This document shows positions 27,454-36,747 of a stretch of DNA of 64,000 bases, one piece after another. The DNA lies in NCBI GenBank assembly GCA_050946935.1, contig JBMNVR010000006.1, positions 22,691-86,690 of the forward strand. The letters run 5' to 3'. This DNA is from Candidatus Howiella sp. (lineage in GTDB: Bacteria; Bacillota; Clostridia; Oscillospirales; Acutalibacteraceae). Both the position numbers and the translations under genes were made by a program. Position 1 is the first letter of the stretch. Every line of letters starts with the position of its first letter. The notes under the pieces were generated by a model. The model saw only the letters and a program-made list of their open reading frames with translations. It was not told the origin of the DNA and made no database searches.

Positions 27454-28764
27454 TTACCATGCCGTCGCTCTATCCCCCTCGATATTCGCCGTCCACACTG
27501 GCAAAGCCGCATCCCCGGCGTTTGAAGCAAAATAGCTGTATCCGGACCAAAGCGCCAGCGAAAGCAGCGCGATCACAATAACAGCAATGACAAATTTAGC
27601 CGCACGGCTGACAGGCAGCAGTTCTTCCTCCACCGGCGCCGCAGGATCGCGATCATTCGATAATTCCACCGGCTCCACCCAATCCCCCGGCTTGGGCGTA
27701 TCCACAAAATTCGGGACACGCATTTTCTCCATCTTGACCGGCGGGAGGCCTTTCTCCGCATCCGCGCAGTCTGCCGGATCATCCTGCCGAAAATCAACTA
27801 CAGGCGCTGTCTCCTGTTCTATACAAGATGAGGCAGCGGGGCGAATATCCTTCAGCTCGACATGTGCCTGAGGCAGCGGTTCAGGTGCGGCGGACGGAAA
27901 AGAGAGCTTTTCGGGCAGCCGTTCTGCCTTCCCCGCGTGGTCGGAGGATAAGCGCAGCCGGGGCAACTCCGCCAGAATTTTGCGTTCGGCGGCCGAAGGC
28001 TCTTCCACCTGCGGAATGTGCGGCAAATCTCTGCCGGCCGCCGGATCCGTACCCGGCCGCCGGGGCGTCAGAACGACCCGCTCGCTTTTAATCGGTTGGA
28101 AAGGTGCAGAAGGAATTTCTCTTTTCTCCCTCTTTATCGGAGCGGCCGCCGCTGACTGCGTTTCCACGGGCAGCGGCTTGTCCGGCGTATTCTGCGAGAG
28201 GGACCCGGTCTCTTCCCCGTCGGATAATTCACCGGCCTCCTCCGTCGGAACCGGACGGACGTCACCGCTGCCGGGCGCCGCCCCCGCCGGCTGCACGGCC
28301 GGCGGATCGGCCCACATATACCGGGCCTGAATATGCGGCAAAATTTTCTCCCGCGCCAGACGAACACGGCCAGACCGCTCTTCATCCAGGAAAAAGATCA
28401 TCTGCGGTCCGCTGCAAAGCATCGCGCCACGCAAACAGCCGTCCAATGCAAACGGAACCGCCCCAGCCGGAAAAACCAGTGTTTCTTCCGGTGCTGCGCC
28501 GGCCAATCCGACCCGCTGGCAGGAAAACCCGATCGCCGCCGCGACCGTCGCCGGCAGATATATGTTCCCGTAAAACCCGCCGACAATCAGGATGACCTCG
28601 CTCCGGCCGACGGCGCGGCTGAGGGCGTGCACCGCCTCCGTTTTGGTGGAGGCGGTTTGGGTCAGTAAGCGCAGGTCGTAACCGCCGCCATACAGCTCGG
28701 ATTCAAAGCCCCAATCGGCCGGTGTGCAAAAATAAATAATGTCTATGCGTACATCCTTGTTCAA
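27454..28764 (-). CDS. Hypothetical protein: ~150-aa N-terminal globular domain, long Pro/Glu/Ala-rich disordered region, single C-terminal TM helix
   Basis: TTG start at 28764 with RBS AAGAGGA 8 nt upstream. C-terminal ..LLPVSRAAKFVIAVIVIALLSLALWSGYSYF. It lies 36 nt downstream of the sortase-fusion ORF on the same strand. Confidence 0.5.
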   Translation of the reverse strand: MNKDVRIDIIYFCTPADWGFESELYGGGYDLRLLTQTASTKTEAVHALSRAVGRSEVILIVGGFYGNIYLPATVAAAIGFSCQRVGLAGAAPEETLVFPAGAVPFALDGCLRGAMLCSGPQMIFFLDEERSGRVRLAREKILPHIQARYMWADPPAVQPAGAAPGSGDVRPVPTEEAGELSDGEETGSLSQNTPDKPLPVETQSAAAAPIKREKREIPSAPFQPIKSERVVLTPRRPGTDPAAGRDLPHIPQVEEPSAAERKILAELPRLRLSSDHAGKAERLPEKLSFPSAAPEPLPQAHVELKDIRPAASSCIEQETAPVVDFRQDDPADCADAEKGLPPVKMEKMRVPNFVDTPKPGDWVEPVELSNDRDPAAPVEEELLPVSRAAKFVIAVIVIALLSLALWSGYSYFASNAGDAALPVWTANIEGDRATAW

Positions 28765-28800
28765 AGCTGCAATCCTCTTTCTCTGAAAGCATAAAGGCCC

Positions 28801-31638
28801 TTACTCGATATCCGGTTCCGCGTCCGCCGTCGAACCTCCGGTATCCACGTCGGCGCCGGAGCCGGCAGAGGTTTCCGACGACATGATCGCAACGGTCGAG
28901 GTTGTGCGCGAAGCCGCGCCGGCGACGGTCGAAGCCGTTCGCGACGTGGAGCCGGTCTGCCCGGCCGTGCCCGTGCGCTTGGAACTGGTCGCAGCAGCCG
29001 CCTTACTGGCCGCGGCATTCTGCGCAGCCGCGTCGGCCGTCGTGTTGAACTCTTCGGTATCTATATCCAGCGACGGCTTGGAACCGCCCTTCTTATCATA
29101 CCACGCCTGCGGATAAAGCGGCGAGGGATTCAGAACGACGGCCGACGAATCAACCTCGCTGCTCTCCCCATCCCGAACCTTGCGTGCCATCACAACCAGC
29201 CGGGCGTTGTCGAAATCATAAATGCAGGTCGACAGGGTCAAAATCTCATCATACGGCTGGACGTCGACCGGCGTATTGTAAATCGAACGGGCTTTGCAGT
29301 TCTCAATCCAGCGGAGGAATTCCGACTGGGTGGAAAAATCCGGAATCCGGTAATTAAAGATAAATCCGCCGTCATGCTTCGACTCGGTATTCGTTATGAT
29401 CACGGCAAAGATTTTATACTCGCCCAAATCATACAGCGTATCATAGTCGATACGCATATGCTCCTTGGTAAAGGCCAGATCCCGGTACTTGCGGAGGTTA
29501 TTGAACATCGTACCGTCATTCATATTGTGCCCGTAGATCACCTGATTTTGGCTGACCGTGTCGCGTGAAAAGGTCGAGCTTGAATCCAGGAACAAGGCGC
29601 CGTACATATTGTTTTCCCTGTACATGTTGTGATTGACGTAGTAGTTGTTTTTCTCCTGCTCGGTGGTACCCTTGTCGGTGTTGTGAAAAACCGGGTTATC
29701 AATGTTGGTATCGGCAATGCTCAACCAGCCGATGGTATCGGAATTCATCGCGAGCAGCGCGTCAAATTTTTTATAGATGCCGTTTTCCCCAACCTCGTTG
29801 TTGTCAGCGACTACCTTGTATAAGCCCTGCACATTGGTAAGCTGCTGCCTCTGAAAATATCCGTTGATGTAATAATTGGCGATATAAATCCCCGACCCGA
29901 TCAGCGCAATCAGCGCAACCAGGAAGATCAATTTACGCACAACCTCTCCCGGCCGGTCGCCCTTGCAGGGAAAGAGGAAGCACAAGAATCGTTTGTACCA
30001 CGGCTTTTTCTTTGCCGGCGGCAAAGGCGGCTGTTTTTCATCCGGCAGCGCTGCCTTTCGTCCCGCCAGGTCGGAAAGGCTAACGGCATCCGCATCATCC
30101 CCGGGGAAGGGAACGTTCTGCCCAATCTCCTCCGGTGTGAGGGCGCCGGTGCGTGCCGGCACATTGGCGTTGGCATCCGGGTCGGCGGCGGACGCAGGGG
30201 AGAAGCCGGAATACAGCTCCTGCACATTCTTCTCCCCTTCACCCGACGCCCCGGTCTGCTCGGCTGCCGTTTTCTCCGCATCCGCCCGGACAGCCGCTGC
30301 GCCGGAGAACACCGCAAGCTCGGCCGCTGTCGGCAGCAGATGATCGAAAATACCCGCGCTGTACAGATTGACAGTCGGAACGCTCTCTTTCTTCGGCAGG
30401 CCGCCGCAAAGATACCGCCGGGCAAGATCAAGAACCGATTTGGCTGCGACCTCACGAATTTTTTCCCGCTCGTCGCTGCGGCCGCGGCCGAGCATCAGCC
30501 GCTCGACCCAGACGGCCGTCCCGTCGCACAACGCGATATAGACAAGGCCGACCGGTTTCTCCTCTGAGGCGGCGGGTCCGGCAACTCCGGTGACCGACAC
30601 GCCAATATCTGCACCGCTGATCTCCCGCACGCCGAGGGCCATGCCCGCCGCCGTCTGCGGACTGACCGCCCCATGTTCGGCAATAACCTCGGCCGGGACG
30701 CCCAGCGCGTTGGTCTTGACCGCGTTGGCATAAGCCACAATACCCATATCGAACACAGCTGAGGAACCGGACACCTCGGTCAGCTTTTTGGAAAGCAGGC
30801 CGGCGGTGCAGGACTCTGCGGTCGCAATTTTCTTTTTCTGCTCCTGCAGCAGGGCGATCACCGCCTGCTGCAAATTCTCAGTATCCACACCGTACACATA
30901 GCCGCCCATACGAGCCGTAACCTTCTCAACCATCGGGCGGCAGAGATGGTCGGCCGCGGCCTGATCCCGGCCGGAAGCGGTCACACGGATCTCCACCTCG
31001 CCGGTTTTGGCATAGGGCGCGACGGTCGGATTCTCCGACTCGAACAGATCAGAAAGGGCTTCAGCCGCCGCAGCCTCCCCAATCCCGAACAGGCGAACCG
31101 AGTGGGAGACGATCGCCGCCCCGCTTTTTCCTGCCAGATAGGGGCGAACCTGCGTCTCAAACATCGGCCGCATCTCATCCGGCGGCCCGGGCAGCAGAAT
31201 AATCGTCTGATTTCCGGAGGAAATAGCGATTCCCGGCGCCGTGCCGTTATCATTCTGAAACACCTCCGCCCCCTGCGGAACCAAGGCCTGCTTGCGGTTA
31301 TTTTCGGTCATTTTACGCCCGCCCCGGCGGAAATATGCCTCCATCCGGCGAAGGCTCTCTCCATCCTCAACCAACGACAGGCCGAGCAGGTCGGCCACCG
31401 TCTCTTTGGTCAGGTCATCCCCCGTCGGGCCAAGTCCGCCGGTCAGCAGCACAAGATCGCTGCGGCCGAGAGCCTCACCCACCGCCTCCTTCAGACGGGC
31501 GGGATTATCCCCCACCACCGTCTGATGAAAAAGATTGATGCCCAGCGCCGCCAACTCGCGGGAGAGATACTGCGCGTTGGTATTGACGATATCACCGAGC
31601 AACAGTTCGGTTCCCACGCAGATGATTTCACCGTTCAT
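28801..31638 (-). CDS. In-frame fusion: CinA (competence/damage-inducible protein A, MoCF-binding domain plus CinA C-terminal domain), then a ~150-aa Pro/Ala-rich linker, a TM helix, and a class B sortase domain
   Basis: Start MNGEIICVGTELLLGDIVNTNAQYL at 31638. CinA domains: LLTGGLGPTGDD and KKIATAESCTAGLLS. Linker: PDANANVPARTGALTPEE..KQPPLPPAKKKPWYKRF. TM helix: VVRKLIFLVALIALIGSGIYI. Sortase B signatures: NSDTIGWLSIADTNIDNPVF, VIYGHNMNDGTMF, ILTLSTCIYDFDNARLVVMARKV. There is no stop codon between the CinA and sortase parts. A possible internal GTG with GGAG lies at about 29940. Confidence 0.7.
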   Translation of the reverse strand: MNGEIICVGTELLLGDIVNTNAQYLSRELAALGINLFHQTVVGDNPARLKEAVGEALGRSDLVLLTGGLGPTGDDLTKETVADLLGLSLVEDGESLRRMEAYFRRGGRKMTENNRKQALVPQGAEVFQNDNGTAPGIAISSGNQTIILLPGPPDEMRPMFETQVRPYLAGKSGAAIVSHSVRLFGIGEAAAAEALSDLFESENPTVAPYAKTGEVEIRVTASGRDQAAADHLCRPMVEKVTARMGGYVYGVDTENLQQAVIALLQEQKKKIATAESCTAGLLSKKLTEVSGSSAVFDMGIVAYANAVKTNALGVPAEVIAEHGAVSPQTAAGMALGVREISGADIGVSVTGVAGPAASEEKPVGLVYIALCDGTAVWVERLMLGRGRSDEREKIREVAAKSVLDLARRYLCGGLPKKESVPTVNLYSAGIFDHLLPTAAELAVFSGAAAVRADAEKTAAEQTGASGEGEKNVQELYSGFSPASAADPDANANVPARTGALTPEEIGQNVPFPGDDADAVSLSDLAGRKAALPDEKQPPLPPAKKKPWYKRFLCFLFPCKGDRPGEVVRKLIFLVALIALIGSGIYIANYYINGYFQRQQLTNVQGLYKVVADNNEVGENGIYKKFDALLAMNSDTIGWLSIADTNIDNPVFHNTDKGTTEQEKNNYYVNHNMYRENNMYGALFLDSSSTFSRDTVSQNQVIYGHNMNDGTMFNNLRKYRDLAFTKEHMRIDYDTLYDLGEYKIFAVIITNTESKHDGGFIFNYRIPDFSTQSEFLRWIENCKARSIYNTPVDVQPYDEILTLSTCIYDFDNARLVVMARKVRDGESSEVDSSAVVLNPSPLYPQAWYDKKGGSKPSLDIDTEEFNTTADAAAQNAAASKAAAATSSKRTGTAGQTGSTSRTASTVAGAASRTTSTVAIMSSETSAGSGADVDTGGSTADAEPDIE

Positions 31639-31800
31639 ATATGTCACCACGCCTTTGCGGGACAAAGGCTTCCTTTCTTTGGAAGTTTACACCGTATTTC
31701 CGCCGCTGCATTCAAACCATGCCCGCCTCTCTTTTTTACGATTGCCGGCGGGCAAAAGCCGTGTCAAATTCCGACGACGGAATAACCGGTTAAAGCTATT

Positions 31801-32970
31801 CTACCCCACATATTGCACCCTTACGCCGTCCATCGCACGGGCGATCAGGTTTTCAAGATCAAGCGCCGACTCCGCCTCGGCCACCTTTTCGAGTACCGGC
31901 CGGGTCTTGGGATGCCGCGGGGTAAAGACGGTACAGCAATCCTCAAACGGCAGGGTGGAGATCTCAAAGGTGTCAATCTTTCTGGAAATGGCAATGATCT
32001 CCTCCTTATCCATGCCGATCAGCGGCCGGAACACCGGCATACCCACCACCGCATCGGTCACGCCGAGCGCCGGCAGGGTCTGGCTTGCGACCTGCCCGAC
32101 GCTCTCCCCCGTGATGAGGGCGAGGGCGTTTCGCCGCCGCGCAAGCTGCTCGGCGATCCGCATCATAATACGCCGCATGATCAGGGTAAAATATTCCTCC
32201 GGGCAATGGCGGCCGATCTCCTCCTGAATTTCGGTAAAGGGGACGATCTCCAGCCGGATGGTGCTGCTGTATTCAGCCACTTTTTCAAGGAGATTTATGA
32301 CCTTCAGCTCGGCCCGCTGACTGGTATAGGGCGGGCTGGCGAAATGGACGGCGTTCAGCTCCAGCCCCCGCTTGGCCATCATCCAGGCTGCCACCGGGCT
32401 GTCGATGCCGCCCGAAATCAGGACGGTCGCCCGGCCGCCGCTGCTCACCGGCATACCGCCGGCGCCGGTAATCTGCCCCGCATGGACGTAGGCGCCGAAA
32501 TCCCGCACCTCCACCATCACGACCACATCGGGGTTGTGCACGTCGACCGACAGATTGCGGAATCTGGAAAGGAGATAACCGCCCACCTCCCTGCAAATCT
32601 CGGGCGACTTACAGGAGAAGGTCTTGTCGGCGCGCTTGGCCTCCACCTTAAACGTAGAGATACCGCGCAGCGTATCGGCCAAATAATCGGCGGCGGTGCG
32701 CTTGATAACCTCCAGATCCTTTTCAGTCACGGCCGCCCGGCTGAAGGCGGCGATGCCGAACACCTTTTTCACCCGCTCAACCGCCTCGTCAAAATCGTAG
32801 CATTCTGTCCCCGGCTCCAGATAGATCGTCGACTGGGCCTTACGGATTTTTACCGGGCCAAGCGGCGAAAGGCTCCGCCGCAGATTTTTAATCAAAATAT
32901 CCTCAAAGGTCGAGCGGTTCAGTCCCTTTAAAGCCAACTCTCCGTTTTTGATCAGTAAAATTTCCTTCAT
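31801..32970 (-). CDS. thiI: tRNA 4-thiouridine(8) synthase
   Basis: MKEILLIKNGELALKGLNR (THUMP domain) and ATVLISGGIDSPVAAWM (PP-loop). Start ATG at 32970. Confidence 0.85.
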   Translation of the reverse strand: MKEILLIKNGELALKGLNRSTFEDILIKNLRRSLSPLGPVKIRKAQSTIYLEPGTECYDFDEAVERVKKVFGIAAFSRAAVTEKDLEVIKRTAADYLADTLRGISTFKVEAKRADKTFSCKSPEICREVGGYLLSRFRNLSVDVHNPDVVVMVEVRDFGAYVHAGQITGAGGMPVSSGGRATVLISGGIDSPVAAWMMAKRGLELNAVHFASPPYTSQRAELKVINLLEKVAEYSSTIRLEIVPFTEIQEEIGRHCPEEYFTLIMRRIMMRIAEQLARRRNALALITGESVGQVASQTLPALGVTDAVVGMPVFRPLIGMDKEEIIAISRKIDTFEISTLPFEDCCTVFTPRHPKTRPVLEKVAEAESALDLENLIARAMDGVRVQYVG

Positions 32971-33174
32971 TCTGTAACCGTGCCTTTCCGTACCGTCAGA
33001 CTTTTTTTCAAAAACGATGCCGCGCACCGTTTGTTTTACCCTGAAAAGCCATGCGTCAAACAGCACGGCTGTTTTTTCTTTCCTCTCCGGGATTTCGGCG
33101 CCGCGCCATCCGCGCGGCAGAAGGCGGTTTGCGCCAACAAAAATTCCCGCGTAAACCGTTCGAAGAAGGGTTTT

Positions 33175-34308
33175 CTATCTTTTTTTCAACCGGGCGGCCG
33201 CCGCGCGAATGCCTTCGGCCAGGGCGGCGCATTCCTCCGCCGTGTTCTCCCTTGAGAAGCTGATGCGCACCGCGCTGTCCACCCGCTCCCGCGGCAGGCC
33301 CATGGCCGCCAGCACATGGCTGCCCTTCCCTCTGGCGCAGGCGCTCCCGCTGGAAACATAGAGACCCCGCTCCTCCAGAAAATGCAGCATGGTCTCCGAC
33401 CTTATGCCGGCTACCGACAGGTTGAGAATATAGGGCGAGCCATCGGCCGGCGAGTTGATCTCGACGCCCGGCAGACCACGAAGCCCCTCGAGCACCGCCG
33501 CTTTCAGCATGGCCGCATGAACTGCAGCAGTCTCCGCCTCCGGAAGAGATTCAACCGCCCCGAGCAGGCCGGCAATCAGCGGCGACGCCTCGGTTCCGGG
33601 GCGCAGCCTTTTCTCCTGCTCGCCGCCGAAGACGCGGGGAAGGATGCGCGCCTCCCGCCGCTTGACCAGCGCACCAACCCCCTTTGGGCCGTGGATTTTA
33701 TGGGCGCTGAGGGTAATGAGATCGGCCCCCAATCGTTCCATTTTAAACGATAGCTTGCCGAACGCCTGCACACAATCGCAGTGCAGCAACGCCGCCGGGC
33801 TGGCCTCTTTAAGAAGCCGCGCCGCCTCCCCCACCGGGTTGACACTGCCGGTCTCGTTATTCACCAGCATCAGGCTGAGGAGAATGGTCTCTCTATTCAC
33901 AGCGGCAGCCACCGTTTCGGGCAAAATCCGGCCGTCAGGCGCGGGAGAAAGACGGATTACCTCAAACCCCTGACGCTCCAGCTCGTCTGCCGCCTCCAGC
34001 ACCGAGGAATGCTCGACCGCCGAAACAACCACCCGCCTGCCCCGACGCCGCAGAGCCGCCGCCCCCCCAAGCAGGGCTAAATTGTTCGCCTCAGTTCCAC
34101 CGGAGGTAAAGTATACCTCCTCCGCCCTGGCGCCGACCCGACCGGCGACCGCGCGGCGCGCCTCCTCCAGCACCGATTCGGCGGCGACGCCCATGTCGTA
34201 TAGGGAGGAGGGATTGCCCCAGATCTCGGTCAGCATTCGTTCCATACGCGAAACCGCTGCCGCGCAGGGCTTTGTTGTCGCGCTGTTGTCAAAATAACCG
34301 CCGTACAT
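33175..34308 (-). CDS. Cysteine desulfurase (class V aminotransferase, NifS/IscS-like), paired with thiI
   Basis: FDNSATTKP.., FTSGGTEANNLAL.., SAHKIHGPKGVGAL (PLP lysine motif). Confidence 0.85.
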   Translation of the reverse strand: MYGGYFDNSATTKPCAAAVSRMERMLTEIWGNPSSLYDMGVAAESVLEEARRAVAGRVGARAEEVYFTSGGTEANNLALLGGAAALRRRGRRVVVSAVEHSSVLEAADELERQGFEVIRLSPAPDGRILPETVAAAVNRETILLSLMLVNNETGSVNPVGEAARLLKEASPAALLHCDCVQAFGKLSFKMERLGADLITLSAHKIHGPKGVGALVKRREARILPRVFGGEQEKRLRPGTEASPLIAGLLGAVESLPEAETAAVHAAMLKAAVLEGLRGLPGVEINSPADGSPYILNLSVAGIRSETMLHFLEERGLYVSSGSACARGKGSHVLAAMGLPRERVDSAVRISFSRENTAEECAALAEGIRAAAARLKKR

Positions 34309-34593
34309 GAAACCGTCAACCTCCTGAAAATACAGAGACTCCGCCCCATTATCATATTGTTTTACATTATACTACAAATGGCTTCCCTTTACAATAATCA
34401 AGTTGTAAATTTGATGTGAACGCTCTCTGTTCCGCACCGAAAAGCGGTAGGCCGGTTCAAAAAGCCCAAATACCCCCGCAAACTTTTATAAGGCAGGAAT
34501 TTTTTTGGTACAACTGGCAAAAATAAACTGTACCAAGGCTGCTTTCGGGCAAACGCAAAGCGGCAAAAATAAATCGAAATCAAGGTGAGCGAC

Positions 34594-35919
34594 ATGAAAA
34601 CAAGCACCCTGTCCAAACGGGCCTGTGTCCGGATCATCAGCTTCGCGGCGGCCTTTGTGATCGTCGCCGGCGTGGCGCTGATTACCCTTTACACCGAACG
34701 CAACAATTACCGGATGCAGGTCGAATACGCCTACGAACTGGCGCTCGAAGACCTGACCGCCTCGCTGGAGCGGATTGACACCGAGCTGAAAAAAGGGGTG
34801 TACTGCACGTCGGCCGCCGGCTGGAATGAGATCGCCTCCAACCTGTCGGCCGCGGCCGGCACGGCAAAATCGGCCATCTCCTCCCTGCCCTTCTCGGGCG
34901 GAGAGCTGACCACCGTCGGCAAATTTTTATCCCAGGTCGGTAACTACGCCGGCAGCCTTTCGCGCAAAATGGTAGAGGGCACGCCGCCGGCCGACCGGGA
35001 TACCCAAAACCTCCGACTGCTGTCCCAGACGGCCGCCTCCCTCTACACGGCGGTCAGCGACATCCGATACGGCGTTTCCGGCTTTGCCAACAGCGCCATC
35101 GGCGAAGCCGGCAGCGCTGTTGAGGAACTGTCCGCCGCCTTGATCGAAACCGACGAGGCCATCACCGATTATCCCACGCTGGTGTACGACGGCCCCTTCT
35201 CCGACCACCTGCTGAACGCCGCGCCCAAGCTGCTCTCCGGCCATGCCGAAATCACGCGGGAAGGGGCGCGGCAGGTCGCCGCCCTCTATCTTGGTGAGAG
35301 CACCTCCGACATCGCCGACGACGGGGAGGAGGAAAGCGCCATGCCGAGCTACTGCTTCTCGAGCGGAAACACCTCGATCTATATCACCAAGCAGGGCGGA
35401 TTCTGCTCCTATTTCCGCAAATACCGCGAGATCGGCGACCCGCAGAAAACCTATGACGAGGCCATCCGCATCGCAGCCGAGTATCTTGACCGGCTGGAGC
35501 TGGGCAGCTTCACCGACAGCTACTACATGACGGACGAGGGAATGTGCGTCATCAACTTTGCCTATACGAAGGACGGAGTGATCTGCTATCCCGATCTGAT
35601 TAAGGTGGGGGTGGCGCTGGACACGGGGGAGGTGCTGCTGTTCGAGGGGCGTGGGTATATTATGAACCACACCGCCCGCGAACTTCCGGCCATCACCAAA
35701 ACGGTCGAGGAGGCCGAGGCGACCCTCAGCACCTCTTTAACGGTCGAGCGTGTGGGCACGGCTCTGATCCCCACCGACGGCGGAGAAGAAAAACTCTGCT
35801 ACGAGTTTTCCTGCACCGACGGAGATCAAAGAATTCTGGTTTATGTAAACTGCAACACCCTCGAGCAAGAGAACATTCTGATTCTTCTGATGGTGGACGG
35901 CGGGATGCTGACGAGGTAG
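34594..35919 (+). CDS. YpeB-like sporulation/germination protein (N-terminal membrane anchor, C-terminal PepSY-like domains)
   Basis: ATG at 34594 (MKTSTLSKRACVRIISFAAAFVIVAGVALITLY). Architecture and the ..ERIDTEL..WNEIASNLS..LPFS motifs resemble B. subtilis YpeB. The C-terminus has PepSY-like repeats. Confidence 0.55.
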   Translation: MKTSTLSKRACVRIISFAAAFVIVAGVALITLYTERNNYRMQVEYAYELALEDLTASLERIDTELKKGVYCTSAAGWNEIASNLSAAAGTAKSAISSLPFSGGELTTVGKFLSQVGNYAGSLSRKMVEGTPPADRDTQNLRLLSQTAASLYTAVSDIRYGVSGFANSAIGEAGSAVEELSAALIETDEAITDYPTLVYDGPFSDHLLNAAPKLLSGHAEITREGARQVAALYLGESTSDIADDGEEESAMPSYCFSSGNTSIYITKQGGFCSYFRKYREIGDPQKTYDEAIRIAAEYLDRLELGSFTDSYYMTDEGMCVINFAYTKDGVICYPDLIKVGVALDTGEVLLFEGRGYIMNHTARELPAITKTVEEAEATLSTSLTVERVGTALIPTDGGEEKLCYEFSCTDGDQRILVYVNCNTLEQENILILLMVDGGMLTR

Positions 35920-35950
35920 AGGTTGTTTTTTGTACCGGGTTTGTGCGGAT

Positions 35951-36080
35951 ATAAAGCCTTTCCGCTGATACCGTGAAAAATACAAGCCCTGCGTGTTTGG
36001 CCGCAGGGCAAACACATAGGAAAGGCAGATCAAAGCTTAACGCACAGTAAAGTATAAGCCTTTCCGCTGATACCGTGGGA
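35951..36080. repeat. Two direct copies of a ~26-bp motif (A[TG]TATAAGCCTTTCCGCTGATACCGTG) spaced ~105 bp apart. The same motif forms a palindromic hairpin at 45312-45355.
   Basis: ATAAAGCCTTTCCGCTGATACCGTG at 35951-35975. AGTATAAGCCTTTCCGCTGATACCGTG at 36054-36080. AGTATAAGCCTTTCCGC-GGCATCAGC-AGAAAGGCTTATACT at 45318-45355. Confidence 0.45.
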
Positions 36081-36335
36081 CGCCCCATTTTTGTCCGGAC
36101 AGGAATGGGGGAAAGATCCGCTAAGGGGAAAAACCACAAACGCTTAGGCATGGATAAAACTTTATCCCCCCTTAGAATCCCCTTTCCAAAGCGGCCAAAG
36201 GGTTCCACCCTCCGGAATCCCGGCCGGAGTACAGAATTTGTTCTGGTTTGCAGATAATCAAAAACTTTTGTTTTGATCTTGCTATTAAAATACAATAGAT
36301 AGATTCTATTGTATTTGAACATATGAAAAAGCTGT

Positions 36336-36365
36336 CTGCTTTTTCAGACAGCTTTTTCATATGAT
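36336..36365. terminator. Bidirectional hairpin terminator
   Basis: AAAAAGCTGTCTG-CTTTTT-CAGACAGCTTTTT is a perfect palindrome inside an AT-rich region. Confidence 0.5.
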
Positions 36366-36444
36366 TTTGGAATTTGACCGTGTTCTTTTTGGTCACAACC
36401 ATCTTCTCATTTTAATAATTATGAGTATATTTTAAGTTTTAATT

Positions 36445-36747
36445 ATGAACAAACAAAAAATCTGCTGTACGATCGGGCATAATGGATGGTGTTATAGTAC
36501 GAATTTAGAATATTTCATTTTGTCTGCGGTTCATGATTGTATTTTGAAAGGGGTGGATACCTTCATCAATCTTTGGAGCGGTGATTTTGATTTGCTTTAT
36601 GCACTGGCGGTTAATCAGTTAAAAAAAGAATTTCCTAATATTAAACCATTTAAAATGGTTCCCGATGCCGGATTAAGCGACCGTTTATTTTATCTGTTTG
36701 ATGGGGATGTTTTTGTGAAAAAAGACGGCTTGCACGGAAATGGATAA
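36445..36747 (+). CDS. SLOG/YpsA-like (DUF1273-like) protein, apparently truncated (100 aa)
   Basis: KICCTIGHNGW..FINLWSGDFDLLYALAVNQLKKEFPNIKPFKMVP resembles the YpsA pattern ITGYKPFE..ILISGQLGVELWAAE..EYPDLK. It is only ~100 aa versus the ~180 aa expected. It lies within a low-GC island. A weak call. Confidence 0.3.
   Translation: MNKQKICCTIGHNGWCYSTNLEYFILSAVHDCILKGVDTFINLWSGDFDLLYALAVNQLKKEFPNIKPFKMVPDAGLSDRLFYLFDGDVFVKKDGLHGNG

Noticed and set aside
29928-30455. 175-aa - strand ORF and 29963..30343 (+)
   Set aside because: Alternative frames within the linker region of the CinA-sortase ORF. Arg-rich low-complexity products. The main frame is supported by flanking CinA and sortase homology.
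28801-31665. Upstream extension of the CinA-sortase ORF to 31665 (MSRKGVVTY..)
   Set aside because: CinA proteins start MxxEIIxVGTELL. The ATG at 31638 (MNGEIICVGTELL) is the family-consistent start.
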